A model generated the notes under the pieces. That model saw only the letters and a list, made by a program, of their open reading frames with translations, made no database searches and was not told the origin of the DNA. Position numbers and translations under genes: made by a program. From the NCBI GenBank assembly GCA_963824385.1, contig CAWGPD010000003.1, positions 1 to 64,000 on the forward strand: a stretch of DNA of 64,000 nucleotides, written 5' to 3'. The DNA is from an uncultured Nitrososphaerota archaeon (GTDB lineage Archaea; Thermoproteota; Nitrososphaeria; Nitrososphaerales; Nitrosopumilaceae). This document shows, piece by piece, positions 1 through 10,584 of this stretch. The number at the start of each line of letters is the position of its first letter. The stretch's first letter is position 1.

Positions 1-75
1 TTTGAAACTGCTTGATAATTGGGAATAATTACTGTCTTGATTGTAATGTATATCCTTGTAAAATTATTCCTGAAT

Positions 76-349
76 TTATTTGTCCATTATTTTAAGAATT
101 TCAAATGGGATTTTCTTAAAATCAATTTGCTTTTCGGCAGATACATAGAGTACATTATCATCAAATGGAAAGCTCATGATGATTATCTTCCCACGATAAA
201 ATACCACAAAGTCTACTTTTCCAAACTCGTCATCAAAATCATGTCTGAGTTTCACCTCTAGTGCCAAGTTCATGAATAATAGCTCCATCTTTTTTCAAAC
301 CCTCTAATGATTCCACTCCATCTCTCATTCCTCCAGCTATCAGTCGACC
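76..349 (-). pseudogene. Thaumarchaeal roadblock/profilin-like small protein (probably DUF6659-like); frameshifted near 285, N-terminus apparently missing
   Basis: GRLIAGGMRDGVESLEGLKKD (349-287) joins ELLFMNLALEVKLRHDFDDEFG if one base next to AGCT 281-284 is removed; in-frame stop at 362-364 and no start codon before GRL. Confidence 0.55.
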
Positions 350-474
350 TACACCAGTTTTTTAAAGTTTGAAGTTTGATGTCTTCTAGAAGGTATTTTT
401 TATTTTCTGTAACTTTAACGAGTATGAGTATAGTTCTCTTAATTTTTATTAATGTAACATCGATAAAACAATTA

Positions 475-687
475 ATGAATTACTCTCCCTCTCGTAGTAA
501 ACTTATAATTATAACACTACTTTTTCTCATTGCAGGGTTTTGGGGAGTTTTTTTAGGATTAATTATATTTACCAAACCAAATTTCATTTTAACAGCACTT
601 GGATTTGTAAACATTTCTTTAGGAATTTTCTTAGGATTTAAAATTCTAAGAATGAGTTATACACGAAATATTAAACAAAAGAAATGA
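475..687 (+). CDS. Small two-TM membrane protein, hypothetical
   Basis: ATG 475 about 25 nt after a TTTTTATTAAT TATA-like box; two hydrophobic helices and a basic tail. Confidence 0.6.
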   Translation: MNYSPSRSKLIIITLLFLIAGFWGVFLGLIIFTKPNFILTALGFVNISLGIFLGFKILRMSYTRNIKQKK

Positions 688-711
688 TGACCAAAGTAGA
701 GTAAATTGACA

Positions 712-813
712 TTATTTTATCACCAATACAGGTACTTGTGATATGTGAACAACAGCATTTGATATGCTCTGCCAAGAAACAACTTTTTTCCACATAAGCG
801 AATTCTTTTCCAT
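712..813 (-). pseudogene. Universal stress protein (UspA) C-terminal remnant
   Basis: KKLFLG followed, after a 2-nt AG duplication, by SISNAVVHISQVPVLVIK*, the typical USP C-terminal signature; no N-terminal part. Confidence 0.55.
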
Positions 814-853
814 ATCTTCTGGCTAATCACAGAATTCCAACGGAGAAATCTTA

Positions 854-1183
854 CTAAATTATCGCTTCGCCTTTCTTTGCAGAAGGGATATCTAATGCCT
901 CGGAAATTGATGTGATAAAAATTTTTCCTAGTTTAGAATTCAAACGAATAATGTTGACAGCGTCATCCTTTTTACTTTCCGGAATGACTACCTCAAGTAT
1001 GTATCTTGAACTAAATTCAGGTAGGAATATTTCAGTTCCTTTTGATGAATGAATTTCTGATGGAATGCTCTTTCCTCGACCCCATCCTTTGAAGACAGTG
1101 ATACCGCCTACATCTATTTTTTTTAATTCCTCGCTGATCTCCCTGATGTCATTTATTGGCAATATTACTTGTAGTTTAAGCAA
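854..1183 (-). CDS. glnB: P-II family nitrogen regulator
   Basis: GITV..GWGRGK, GKIFI..I..A motifs; divergent from amt. Confidence 0.88.
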   Translation of the reverse strand: MLKLQVILPINDIREISEELKKIDVGGITVFKGWGRGKSIPSEIHSSKGTEIFLPEFSSRYILEVVIPESKKDDAVNIIRLNSKLGKIFITSISEALDIPSAKKGEAII

Positions 1184-1286
1184 GAAATATTACAAAATAA
1201 AAATCTCTTAAAAATCTTTGGAAAAATTTCTAACATAGAAAATTAAACTTAACACTTTAATATTGTGCCAAGGCAGAGAAAAATTC

Positions 1287-2537
1287 TTGCCATTAGATTC
1301 GGGTGACACCGCATGGATGCTCATAGCCTCTAGCTTGGTATTACTTATGATTCCAGCTCTTGGAATGTTTGAAGCTGGATTATTGAGAAAGAAAAATACA
1401 GTTTCTATATTCCTGCAGATCTTTTTCGGATTGGCAATTTTGAGTGTAATGTGGTTTGCCTTTGGATTCAGTTTAACATTTGGACCAGATACAGGTTCTG
1501 GACTGTCTGGAAGTCTGGATTGGGCATTTTTAAATAATGTTCCACAAGACAAAGGACTTCATTACGCTCCCACCATACCGGGGCTTTTGTTTGCAAAATT
1601 CCAGATGATGTTTGCAGTGATTACCCCCCTGCTTATAACAGGCGCAATAGCTGAACGAATGAAATTTAGTTCATTTGTAATTTTCATTGTTGCATGGAGC
1701 GTACTGATCTACTATCCATTAGTTCATTGGATCTGGGGTGGCGGATGGCTTGGTAAACTTGGTGTGGTTGACTTTGCAGGAGGCATAGTCATACATACTA
1801 GTGCAGGAATGGGAGCACTGGCAGCTGCACTTGTCCTAGGAAGGAGATTACATTATGGTCATTCTATCATGGTACCACATAGCATTCCAATTGCAGTATT
1901 GGGATCCTCACTTTTGTGGCTTGGTTGGTTTGGATTCAATGCTGGAAGTGCATATTCTGCTGGTGCATTATCAGGAATTACAATAATCAACACTCAGATA
2001 GCATCAGTGATTGCAGCCTTGATCTGGGTAGGACTCTCATGGATGCGAACTGGAAAACCAAGTGTGATCGCTGCAATTAATGGTGCAATTGCAGGACTTG
2101 CTGGAATTACCCCTGCATCAGGATTTGTAAGTGTAGAACATGCATTTGTGATAGGAATTGCAGTAGGTCTTGTATCATATCTTGGAGTCTTATTCTTGAA
2201 AGAAAAATTAAAGATAGATGATGCTTTGGATGTAAGTTCCGTTCATGGTCTTGCTGGTATTGTTGGTTCCATGGCAATAGGATTATTTGCAAGTTTGGCG
2301 ATAAATCCTGCTGGCGTAAACGGGTTATTGTTTGGACATCCACAACAATTGGCAATTCAAGCTGTAGGTGTTGCAGTTGCAGGAATTATGGGATTTGGTG
2401 GCACATGGATAATATTAAAAGTCATAAAAGTATTGGTTGGAATCCGCGTCTCGCCTGAAGTGGAAGAAGCTGGACTTGACATAGAAGAACATGCTGAACG
2501 AGCATATTCTGATGAAGACGAATTTAACAAAATGTAA
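1287..2537 (+). CDS. amt: Ammonium transporter (Amt)
   Basis: DSGDTAW, FQMMFA, DFAGGIVIH, GWFGFNAGS, DDALDVSSVHG; twin His conserved; likely TTG start at 1287. Confidence 0.97.
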   Translation: MPLDSGDTAWMLIASSLVLLMIPALGMFEAGLLRKKNTVSIFLQIFFGLAILSVMWFAFGFSLTFGPDTGSGLSGSLDWAFLNNVPQDKGLHYAPTIPGLLFAKFQMMFAVITPLLITGAIAERMKFSSFVIFIVAWSVLIYYPLVHWIWGGGWLGKLGVVDFAGGIVIHTSAGMGALAAALVLGRRLHYGHSIMVPHSIPIAVLGSSLLWLGWFGFNAGSAYSAGALSGITIINTQIASVIAALIWVGLSWMRTGKPSVIAAINGAIAGLAGITPASGFVSVEHAFVIGIAVGLVSYLGVLFLKEKLKIDDALDVSSVHGLAGIVGSMAIGLFASLAINPAGVNGLLFGHPQQLAIQAVGVAVAGIMGFGGTWIILKVIKVLVGIRVSPEVEEAGLDIEEHAERAYSDEDEFNKM

Positions 2538-2903
2538 CTTCCAAAATTTATGTTTCTTTAAATTTTATTGAATTATTTAGTGGAGGAATCTTTAGCAGTA
2601 ATTAATTAAACTTATTATAAACCGGTGGAACCAAAAAATGCACTATACAGTAGCGTGTCCGGCCCGATCCAAACTTTGAATTCATTTTTCAATTAGATTC
2701 TAATTTTATGTAAAGATAAGTCCACAATTATTACTAACACTAGTATTTTTCATAGATCCAGTTGTGTACAAAATATTATAAAATAAATTTCATGATGAGA
2801 CAAAGTTAAATCTTAGAATGTTATTACACTGCCATGGTTCATGTAATTTCAAACAACAGTCTTCAAAATATTATTGAAGACAAGAATTTCCCTGTGGACC
2901 CAC

Positions 2904-3791
2904 TTAAAATCCTCTAAGGCCTACTGGCCTGCACAACTCTGGATGTGCCCTTAGATGAGAAATTTTCTGTAGCATGGATTGTTTGTCTTGTGGAAAAGTT
3001 CCACCTATTGGATATGCATTAGATCCGTGGTTTGCACGAAATACAACCTCACTACTAGGTTCCATTTTTGAAATAAGCAGTTCTAACTCGTTTAATGCCT
3101 CAGAATCATCAATTGGCAAAAACGGTTCCTTAAATTTTGTTAAAAATTCATCACGAATTCCATCTTCTAGATGTAGAGTAAGTGTACCAACATAATGTGG
3201 TGCAGATGCACTCAAAACTTTGGCAGTATCTTCTATGTGTTGTTTAGAGTAAGTCTTTCCACCTAGGCCTAGAATAATCATGCATGATATTGTAAATCCA
3301 GCATCTTTTGCCTTTTGACAGGCCTTTATGATTGTCTGACCAGTTGCTCCTTTTGTAACTTTTTTTAGAATTATGTCTGAGCCACTTTCTATTCCTATGT
3401 AAAACATTGTCAGTCCAGCATCATATAATTTTCTGAGATCTTCAGCAGATTTTTTTAAAATATTTTGTGGCATGGCATAGCATGATATGCGTTCATAGCC
3501 TGGAAATTTTTCTCGGATATAGTTTAAAATCTGCAACATTCTATCAGTTGGCAAGTTTAGTGCATCTCCATCTGCAAGAAATATTCTTTTACTGTTTGGC
3601 ATGTGTATTACAGCAAGATCAATCTCTGCCTTAATCTGCTCCCAAGGTCTTTCAGAATATTCCTTTGAGCGATACATGTTACAGTACGAACACTGATTAA
3701 ATGAACATCCTAGAGTCACTTGGAAGATTAATGACCTTGCTTCAGACGGAGGCCTATACAGCGGATAATCATAATCAAACATTGTATTCAT
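2904..3791 (-). CDS. Radical SAM protein, function unknown
   Basis: YRPPSE...GCSFNQCSYC cluster motif, FLADGDAL, YIGIESG. Confidence 0.88.
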   Translation of the reverse strand: MNTMFDYDYPLYRPPSEARSLIFQVTLGCSFNQCSYCNMYRSKEYSERPWEQIKAEIDLAVIHMPNSKRIFLADGDALNLPTDRMLQILNYIREKFPGYERISCYAMPQNILKKSAEDLRKLYDAGLTMFYIGIESGSDIILKKVTKGATGQTIIKACQKAKDAGFTISCMIILGLGGKTYSKQHIEDTAKVLSASAPHYVGTLTLHLEDGIRDEFLTKFKEPFLPIDDSEALNELELLISKMEPSSEVVFRANHGSNAYPIGGTFPQDKQSMLQKISHLRAHPELCRPVGLRGF

Positions 3792-3924
3792 CTATCCAAT
3801 CTATCTTATCATCTATTCGATCTCTATTTTAGCAAAAATGCTTAAAATTTCATAATAATTCAATAATGATTATCCTTGACTAGGAGTAGAAGATAAAAGA
3901 TCTATTAACTGACCAAATACGAAC

Positions 3925-4227
3925 ATGCCAACAGATCCCTATGCCAAACGCCTGCTGTGGTTTATCTTTATGGGCTCAAAGGGCGGATTAAACAGGATTC
4001 GATTTATCTCTCTTATTAGGAATAAACCTCTCAACGCAAACCAGATTGCAAAAGAGATGAATCTTGACTACAAGGCAATACAACACCATGTGGGAGTGCT
4101 TGAGAAGAACAATATGATAACTCGCGTGGGTGACAAGTATGGTGCAACATTTTTCATATCTACATTTCTTGAGGTAAACTTGGATGTCTTTGATGAAATT
4201 GTAAGCAAATTGGAAAAAAGTACATAA
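3925..4227 (+). CDS. ArsR-like winged-helix transcription regulator
   Basis: GG.NR.R...PLNANQIA...LDYKAIQHHV.VL HTH pattern. Confidence 0.85.
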   Translation: MPTDPYAKRLLWFIFMGSKGGLNRIRFISLIRNKPLNANQIAKEMNLDYKAIQHHVGVLEKNNMITRVGDKYGATFFISTFLEVNLDVFDEIVSKLEKST

Positions 4228-4251
4228 GGAAAGTGGAGAATAGTTTTTCAA

Positions 4252-4536
4252 ATGGAACCAATGATGACTGCAAGCACAATCGTATCTGGAGCAAACTTGA
4301 TTGCACTTGGAATATTAATTGGAGTCTTTGCCAAGATGTATTCTAGAACAAAGGCACAACTGCCGCTTGGAATGATATTTTTTGCAAGCCTATTGTTTTT
4401 GCATAACGTAATTGGAGTCTATGCATACTTTACAATGATGGAGCTATATGGACCAGCACTATTGCCATATTTACTTGCAGTACATGTTGCAGAACTTGCA
4501 GGAATACTGGTATTGCTAAGAATAACTCTGCAATAG
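4252..4536 (+). CDS. Small 3-TM membrane protein, probably co-transcribed with the wHTH regulator
   Basis: Three hydrophobic segments, 24 nt after the regulator. Confidence 0.75.
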   Translation: MEPMMTASTIVSGANLIALGILIGVFAKMYSRTKAQLPLGMIFFASLLFLHNVIGVYAYFTMMELYGPALLPYLLAVHVAELAGILVLLRITLQ

Positions 4537-4571
4537 ACTTGATTTATTTGTAAGAGAGTCAAAAACAGTCT

Positions 4572-5024
4572 GTGAAGCAGCAGTACAAGGAATATCTAAA
4601 ACTTAACAAGAATATTTTCCTTGGATTTCTAGTATCAGTTGTTGTTTCGGCAATTATTGCACAATTGTTTTCTAGCCAACTAAATTATGTAAATGCTACC
4701 ATAACTTTAGGTACTGACTATATCGTATATTTTTCAACTTTTGGAACGCTTTATTATTTTGACAACAAGAAAAAATATCTTTTAAAAACAGGAGAGGTGG
4801 ACAAGGCAGGTCTTAGAAGAGATCTGATAAAACTGATATCTTCACTTGGAATAGGTGAGGTTGTTTATACAGTCTGCAGGTGGACTTTACAATATTATCT
4901 ACTAACAAATTCATATCATGCCTATATTGCATCACTGGTATCACAATCTATATCGACTGTTATCTACATGATTACCATAAACCTGAGTGTAAAATTTATG
5001 AGGCTGTACAAAGATGGTCCTTAG
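4572..5024 (+). CDS. GtrA-like 4-TM membrane protein
   Basis: Two TM hairpins separated by a basic loop; family call is inference. Confidence 0.6.
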   Translation: MKQQYKEYLKLNKNIFLGFLVSVVVSAIIAQLFSSQLNYVNATITLGTDYIVYFSTFGTLYYFDNKKKYLLKTGEVDKAGLRRDLIKLISSLGIGEVVYTVCRWTLQYYLLTNSYHAYIASLVSQSISTVIYMITINLSVKFMRLYKDGP

Positions 5025-5370
5025 CATATTTGTTGACGGCTCAGGAGGAGCAAACTCTGGCTTTGGCTATTTTGTCAAAGAGACTGGAGAATCTTTCTAT
5101 GAGAAAAAATCCGAGATAACAAACAACCAGGCAGAATATATGGCAATAATTTATGTTCTAAAAAAATTTGCAGATAATATGGATGAGATTGTCATCTATA
5201 GCGACTCTAAAAATACTGTTTCACAATTAAATCATGAATATGCTATAAACAACGAACAATTACGAAGTCTTGCTAGGGAAGCATGGGAACTGATACCCAA
5301 GTTTGCAAATCTAACAATAAAATGGATTCCAAGAAATGAAAATCTTGCTGGAAAAATGCTTGGCAGCTAA
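5014..5370 (+). CDS. rnhA: Ribonuclease HI-like protein
   Basis: IFVDG, TNNQAEY, YSDS, WIPR.EN motifs. Confidence 0.88.
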   Translation: MVLSIFVDGSGGANSGFGYFVKETGESFYEKKSEITNNQAEYMAIIYVLKKFADNMDEIVIYSDSKNTVSQLNHEYAINNEQLRSLAREAWELIPKFANLTIKWIPRNENLAGKMLGS

Positions 5371-5445
5371 GTGCCAGTCCACTAAAGATCAATAATTCTC
5401 TTGGATAAACTTATTATACAAATCCATCCGAGTCGATCTCATTAA

Positions 5446-7551
5446 ATGAGCGAGTCAATTTTCCTATCTCCAAAATCTATTGCTATAATCGGAGCTTCAG
5501 ACAAGGAAGGAAGTGTAGGAAGTGCGATTACATCCAATATAATTAATGGGTATACAGGAACAATTCTCCCAATTAGCCAAACAAGAGAAACCGTGTTTGA
5601 TAAAAAAGCATACAAAAGTGTTCTAGATGTAAAAGAAGACATTGATCTTGCAGTTATAGTTACAAAAAATGACATAGTTCCAACAGTGCTTGAAGAATGT
5701 GGTAAAAAGGGAATCAAGGGAGCAATTGTCGTAACAGCTGGATTCAAAGAAGTCAACGAAGAAGGAGCAAAACTTGAGAAAAGACTTGCAGAGATTGCCA
5801 AGCAGTATAATATCAGAATTATAGGACCAAACTGTCTTGGTGTGATGAATTTAGCACCACAAACAATGATGAATTCTACTTTCCTCAAAGTTACTCCCAA
5901 GTCTGGTGGAATTGCTCTAGTCTCTCAAAGTGGTGCAATATGTGCAGCACTTGTAGAAGATGCCAGTGCTCAAGGAATTGGTTTCTCTTCTGTAATTAGC
6001 ATGGGAAATAAAGTAGACCTCCACGAAGTTGATATTCTTAAAATGCTTGCTGAACACGAACAGACCAAAGTAATTGTAATGTATCTTGAGGATATTGGTA
6101 ATGGAAAAGAATTTTTGAAAATATGTAAGCAGATTACAAGATTGAATAAACTAAAAAAACCCGTACTTGTTCTAAAATCTGGTAGAAGTCCAGAGGGTGC
6201 AAAAGCAGCCATGTCACATACCGGTGCACTAATGGGTTCAGATGAAATCTATGATGCGCTGTTGACACAATCAGGTGCAATTAGGGTAGATACGATGGAA
6301 GAATTATTTGATTATGCTGTAGCTTTCTCAAAGCAACCATTACCTCTCAGGGGAGATCTGGTCATAGTATCAAATGCAGGAGGGCCTGCAATTATTTCCA
6401 CTGATGCTTGCTCCAAGATGGGGATCAAGATGGCAAACATAGATGACATACGTCCGCAAATTAATGCAGTTATACCTCCATGGGGAAATTCTAGAAATCC
6501 TGTAGATATTGTAGGTGATGCAGATTTTATTAGGTTTGAACACGTACTGAATCTTGTACTTGGTCATCCAAATGTTGGTTCAGTTATAGCAATGTGTACG
6601 CCATCAGCTACACTTGATTACAACAAGCTTGCTGAGGTCATTGTTACTGCATCAAAAAAATACAATAAAACAATTCTCGCAAGTTTGATGGGTCTTGACG
6701 AGGGAATAAAGAATAAAGAAATTCTGGCAGAAGGTGGAGTCCCGTATTATGGTTATGCAGAAAAAGCAATAAGGGCACTCAAGGCAATGTTAAGATTTTC
6801 TCATTGGTCACAAACACAAGAAGGAAAGATACGACAATTCAAAGTAAACAAGAAAAAGGTAGAACAAATATTTGCCAAGGTCAGATCAGAGGGAAGAATT
6901 AATCTGTTAGAAGAAGAAGGACAAGAAGTTCTGAAGGCATACGGTTTTCCTGTACCAAAGAGTATTCTTGCTACAAAAGAGCGTGAAGCAATTCTGGCAG
7001 CAAAAAAAATTGGATATCCGATTGTAATGAAGATTGCTTCGCCACAAATTATTCACAAGTCTGATGCTGGTGGAGTCAAAGTGGGACTAAAAACTCCACA
7101 AGAAGTCAAAAAGGCCTTTAAAGAAATAATAAAAAATGCAAAAAAATACAACAAGAAAGCCATGATAAAAGGTGTACTAGTTCAAGAGATGGTAAAGGGC
7201 GGAAAAGAAACTATTGTAGGCTCAAAACAAGAACCAGGATTTGGACCTGTAGTTATGTTTGGAATGGGCGGAATTTATGTCGAAGTACTAAAAGATGTAA
7301 CATTCCGAGTTGCACCAGTTACAGATTCTGAGGCAGATGATATGATAAATTCCATCAAGACAAACAAGTTGTTACAAGGTGTCCGAGGAGAAAAACCATC
7401 TGATATAAACAAACTTTCAGACTGTATTCAAAGAATTTCTCAGCTAGTAACTGATTTTCAAGAGATCAAAGAGCTTGACATGAATCCAGTTCTTGTGTTT
7501 GAAAAAGGTAAGGGTTGCAAAGTCGTTGATGTGAGAATTGGACTTGCCTAA
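5446..7551 (+). CDS. ADP-forming acyl-CoA synthetase, likely 4-hydroxybutyrate--CoA ligase (3HP/4HB cycle)
   Basis: CoA-binding domain, GPNC, SQSG, SHTG phospho-His, ATP-grasp HKSD; directly upstream of 4-HB-CoA dehydratase. Confidence 0.88.
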   Translation: MSESIFLSPKSIAIIGASDKEGSVGSAITSNIINGYTGTILPISQTRETVFDKKAYKSVLDVKEDIDLAVIVTKNDIVPTVLEECGKKGIKGAIVVTAGFKEVNEEGAKLEKRLAEIAKQYNIRIIGPNCLGVMNLAPQTMMNSTFLKVTPKSGGIALVSQSGAICAALVEDASAQGIGFSSVISMGNKVDLHEVDILKMLAEHEQTKVIVMYLEDIGNGKEFLKICKQITRLNKLKKPVLVLKSGRSPEGAKAAMSHTGALMGSDEIYDALLTQSGAIRVDTMEELFDYAVAFSKQPLPLRGDLVIVSNAGGPAIISTDACSKMGIKMANIDDIRPQINAVIPPWGNSRNPVDIVGDADFIRFEHVLNLVLGHPNVGSVIAMCTPSATLDYNKLAEVIVTASKKYNKTILASLMGLDEGIKNKEILAEGGVPYYGYAEKAIRALKAMLRFSHWSQTQEGKIRQFKVNKKKVEQIFAKVRSEGRINLLEEEGQEVLKAYGFPVPKSILATKEREAILAAKKIGYPIVMKIASPQIIHKSDAGGVKVGLKTPQEVKKAFKEIIKNAKKYNKKAMIKGVLVQEMVKGGKETIVGSKQEPGFGPVVMFGMGGIYVEVLKDVTFRVAPVTDSEADDMINSIKTNKLLQGVRGEKPSDINKLSDCIQRISQLVTDFQEIKELDMNPVLVFEKGKGCKVVDVRIGLA

Positions 7552-7604
7552 AGACTTGAAATTTTGTTATAATATTTATATTACTTGTAAAGGAATTAGC
7601 AGAT

Positions 7605-9108
7605 ATGCCAATTAGGACAGCTTCTGAGTATATCCAAAGTCTTAGAGGCCGTAACATGAAGGTCTACCTTTTTGGAGAACTTGTAAAAGAACCTGTAGAT
7701 CATCCGATGATTCGACCTTCAATAAATGCAGTAGCAGAGACATATGATCTTGCAGAAAAAGAAAGCGAGATTGCAAGTGCAAAATCTTCTATCACTGGTT
7801 TGCAAGTTAATAGATTCTTACATATTGCAGAAAGTGCAGACGATCTAGTAAATCAAAACAAGATGCAGCGAAAACTTGGGCAACTTACCGGAACTTGTTT
7901 TCAAAGATGTGTTGGAATGGATGCATTAAACTCGTTATATTCTGTAACTTTTGAAATTGATGAAAAATTCAAGACTGATTATCATAAACGACTAGTTGAA
8001 TTTATCAAGATGGTTCAGAGAGAGAATTTTGTCATAGGTGGTGCCATGACTGATCCAAAAGGAGATAGAAGCAAATCGCCCCATGAGCAGGAAGATCCTG
8101 ATGTATTTTTGCGTGTAGTAGAAAAAAATGACAAGGGAATATTTGTAACTGGAGCCAAGGCTCACCAGACTGGTTGTATAAACTCGCACTGGATTATAGT
8201 AATGCCCACCATGAGATTACTAGAAAAAGACAAAGACTATGCTATAGTGGGTGCAATGCCTGCTGATGCTCCTGGAATCACATACATCTACGGACGTCAG
8301 TCATGTGATACACGAAGTATGGAGGAAGGAGATATTGATTCAGGAAATTCAAAATTTGCAGGTCAAGAAGCACTAATCATTTTTGACAAAGTTTTCATTC
8401 CGTGGGACAAGGTGTTTATGTTTGGCGAATATGAATTTGCTTCAATGCTTGTAGAGAGATTTACTTGTTATCATCGACGAAGCTTATGTCTGCAAGACAG
8501 GCTTGGGTGATGTTCTAATCGGTGCAGCTGCAGCAATAGCTGATTATAACGGAGTACCTAACGTTTCTCACATTAAGGATAAACTAGTAGAGATGACTCA
8601 TCTCAATGAAACAATATATGCATCTGGTATAGCTTCTTCATTTCAGGCTCATCAAACAAAATCCGGTGTATGGCAAAATGATGAGATGCTGGCCAACGTT
8701 ACCAAACATAATGTAACTAGATTTCCATATGAAATTGGCAGACTAGCACAGGATATTGCTGGCGGTCTTGTTGTTACACTTCCATCTGAGAAAGATCTGA
8801 GAAATCCGGTTACAGGTCCAATATTAAAGAAATATCTTAGAGGACGAAAAGGTGTTGACCCCGAAGATAGATTCAGAATCCTAAGACTCATAGAAAATAT
8901 GACTTTGGGCAGAAATGCAGTAGGTTATCTTACAGAATCCATGCATGGTGCGGGTTCGCCACAAGCTCAAAGAATCAATATCGCACGTCAAATGCAGCTT
9001 GGATACAAAAAGAAACTTGCTAAAAATCTTGCAAATGTAAAAGAAAATATCGAATCAGAGCCTGAACAATCTGATTACTTTCAACGTGTATTCAAGATGA
9101 GAAAATAG
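7605..9108 (+). CDS. abfD: 4-hydroxybutyryl-CoA dehydratase; apparent +1 frameshift at 8481-8485, likely sequencing artefact
   Basis: CFQRC, MTDPKGDR, SMHGAGS; deleting one T at AGCTT restores YHRRSYVCKTGLGDVLIG. Confidence 0.93.
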
Positions 9109-9125
9109 TAAAAATTTACTTGAAC

Positions 9126-9815
9126 TTATTTTTTATCTGAATCTTTGTCTTGGATGTTCTGAGTCTTTCCAAGATTGTCATCCAAGTTGGAAAATTCTTT
9201 CGAGTCCTTTGATAAGTATGGATCACTTGACAAATTTTTCATATCTGACTTGTCTGTCAATTCGTTAGAATCTTTTGTTTGCTCTGACGTTTTATCAGAC
9301 CAATTTTCTATACTGGTCTTTGGTTTTCCAAATTGTTTTACTAACATTATTCCGACAATGACAGCTATTATGATGTAATTAATTGGGGGAGTAAGTATCC
9401 TTGTGACATAACCTATCTGAGGAATGACATATTCTACTTTTCCAATGTAATCGCCCTTTGTAATTGGATAGTCAGTTCCAGGTATTGATCCAGGATTTGC
9501 ATCTCCTTTTGTTCTGATTACCAAAGGATCTTTGTTAAGTATCTCTGCAACTCTATGAACTATCACCTTATCGTGTATGATTGGTCTATTGAATACTATG
9601 ATATCTCCAACTTTTAATTGATCAAAACTTACATGTCCTTGAACCACAATAACATCAAAGATGTTCAGATTTGGTATCATGCTTCCACTTGAGACAACAT
9701 AAAATGGATTTTCTGTTCCAAAGGCCACTCGAAGACCAATCCAAATTATTGCAATACCTATTACTACTATTACAATATCCTTGACAATGCCTGATTTAAG
9801 AGAAAGTTTACTCAA
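9126..9815 (-). CDS. Signal peptidase I (archaeal Sec11 type)
   Basis: VVSSGSM.P, IVHRV, TKGDAN motifs. Confidence 0.92.
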   Translation of the reverse strand: MSKLSLKSGIVKDIVIVVIGIAIIWIGLRVAFGTENPFYVVSSGSMIPNLNIFDVIVVQGHVSFDQLKVGDIIVFNRPIIHDKVIVHRVAEILNKDPLVIRTKGDANPGSIPGTDYPITKGDYIGKVEYVIPQIGYVTRILTPPINYIIIAVIVGIMLVKQFGKPKTSIENWSDKTSEQTKDSNELTDKSDMKNLSSDPYLSKDSKEFSNLDDNLGKTQNIQDKDSDKK

Positions 9816-9867
9816 CTGTTTCTAGTCCTTTAAAATCGTAAGATAAATCTTACTTAACAATGATTCT

Positions 9868-10584
9868 CTATGTTATCTTGTTACCGCAACTTTCACAGAA
9901 CTTTGAGCCTTGGTTATTGGTATAATTACACTTGATACATTTTAAATTATTTTCACCAAGTGAGCTCCCAAGCAGTACAATCTCACCAATCTTTCTTATT
10001 TCGTCCCACTTTATTGTAACATCTGTTCCATCATTTTTTGTTACAACCAGAACTATGCTTGAATGATCTGGCTGCATGCCCATCTCTTTGACCACTCCAA
10101 CTCTTTTTGCTTCAGTATCATACACTCCTAAACCTGTAATTGAGTTAAGTGTCTTTATGCTAGAAGTTTTAGGCTGATTTTGTGATTCTACGTTTTGAGC
10201 TGTAGGTGATGTTACAATATTGGTATTAGTAACAGGTATTGCAACTCCAACTGAGGCAGCTTCATCTGGCTTGCTAAAATTTCTATACTCTGCAAGAATT
10301 GACCCGCAAGTGGTACAGATGTATTGTCCTTTTTCCAACAAAACAAGATTTTCTGCTACTGTTTCATTTGGATTTTCAAATTCAATCTTTGGACTTCCTT
10401 CGTATTCTTTTTCACATGTATTGCAAAAATACTTTGAAATTTTTTCTGAATCTAGACGACCAATTGGGGCAAGAAACAAATCTGGTCCACCAAGGCTGCC
10501 TTTCCTTTGCTGATCATCATTTACTGTTGCCATGATAAAACCTCCAGATCCTCTTAATTTTTTTAATCGAAGTTCGCTACTCAT
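9868..10584 (-). CDS. Zinc-ribbon / PRC-barrel / double zinc-ribbon protein
   Basis: CNTC...CTTC; G..VYD...KRVGVV...W..I..IGEIVL PRC-barrel pattern; C-terminal CIKC...FCESCG. Confidence 0.75.
   Translation of the reverse strand: MSSELRLKKLRGSGGFIMATVNDDQQRKGSLGGPDLFLAPIGRLDSEKISKYFCNTCEKEYEGSPKIEFENPNETVAENLVLLEKGQYICTTCGSILAEYRNFSKPDEAASVGVAIPVTNTNIVTSPTAQNVESQNQPKTSSIKTLNSITGLGVYDTEAKRVGVVKEMGMQPDHSSIVLVVTKNDGTDVTIKWDEIRKIGEIVLLGSSLGENNLKCIKCNYTNNQGSKFCESCGNKIT

Noticed and set aside
2538..2903. Possible sRNA in the long amt-radical SAM spacer (GC patch near 2653-2670; ATGATGA at 2792)
   Set aside because: No matching D box or stable fold could be identified by eye
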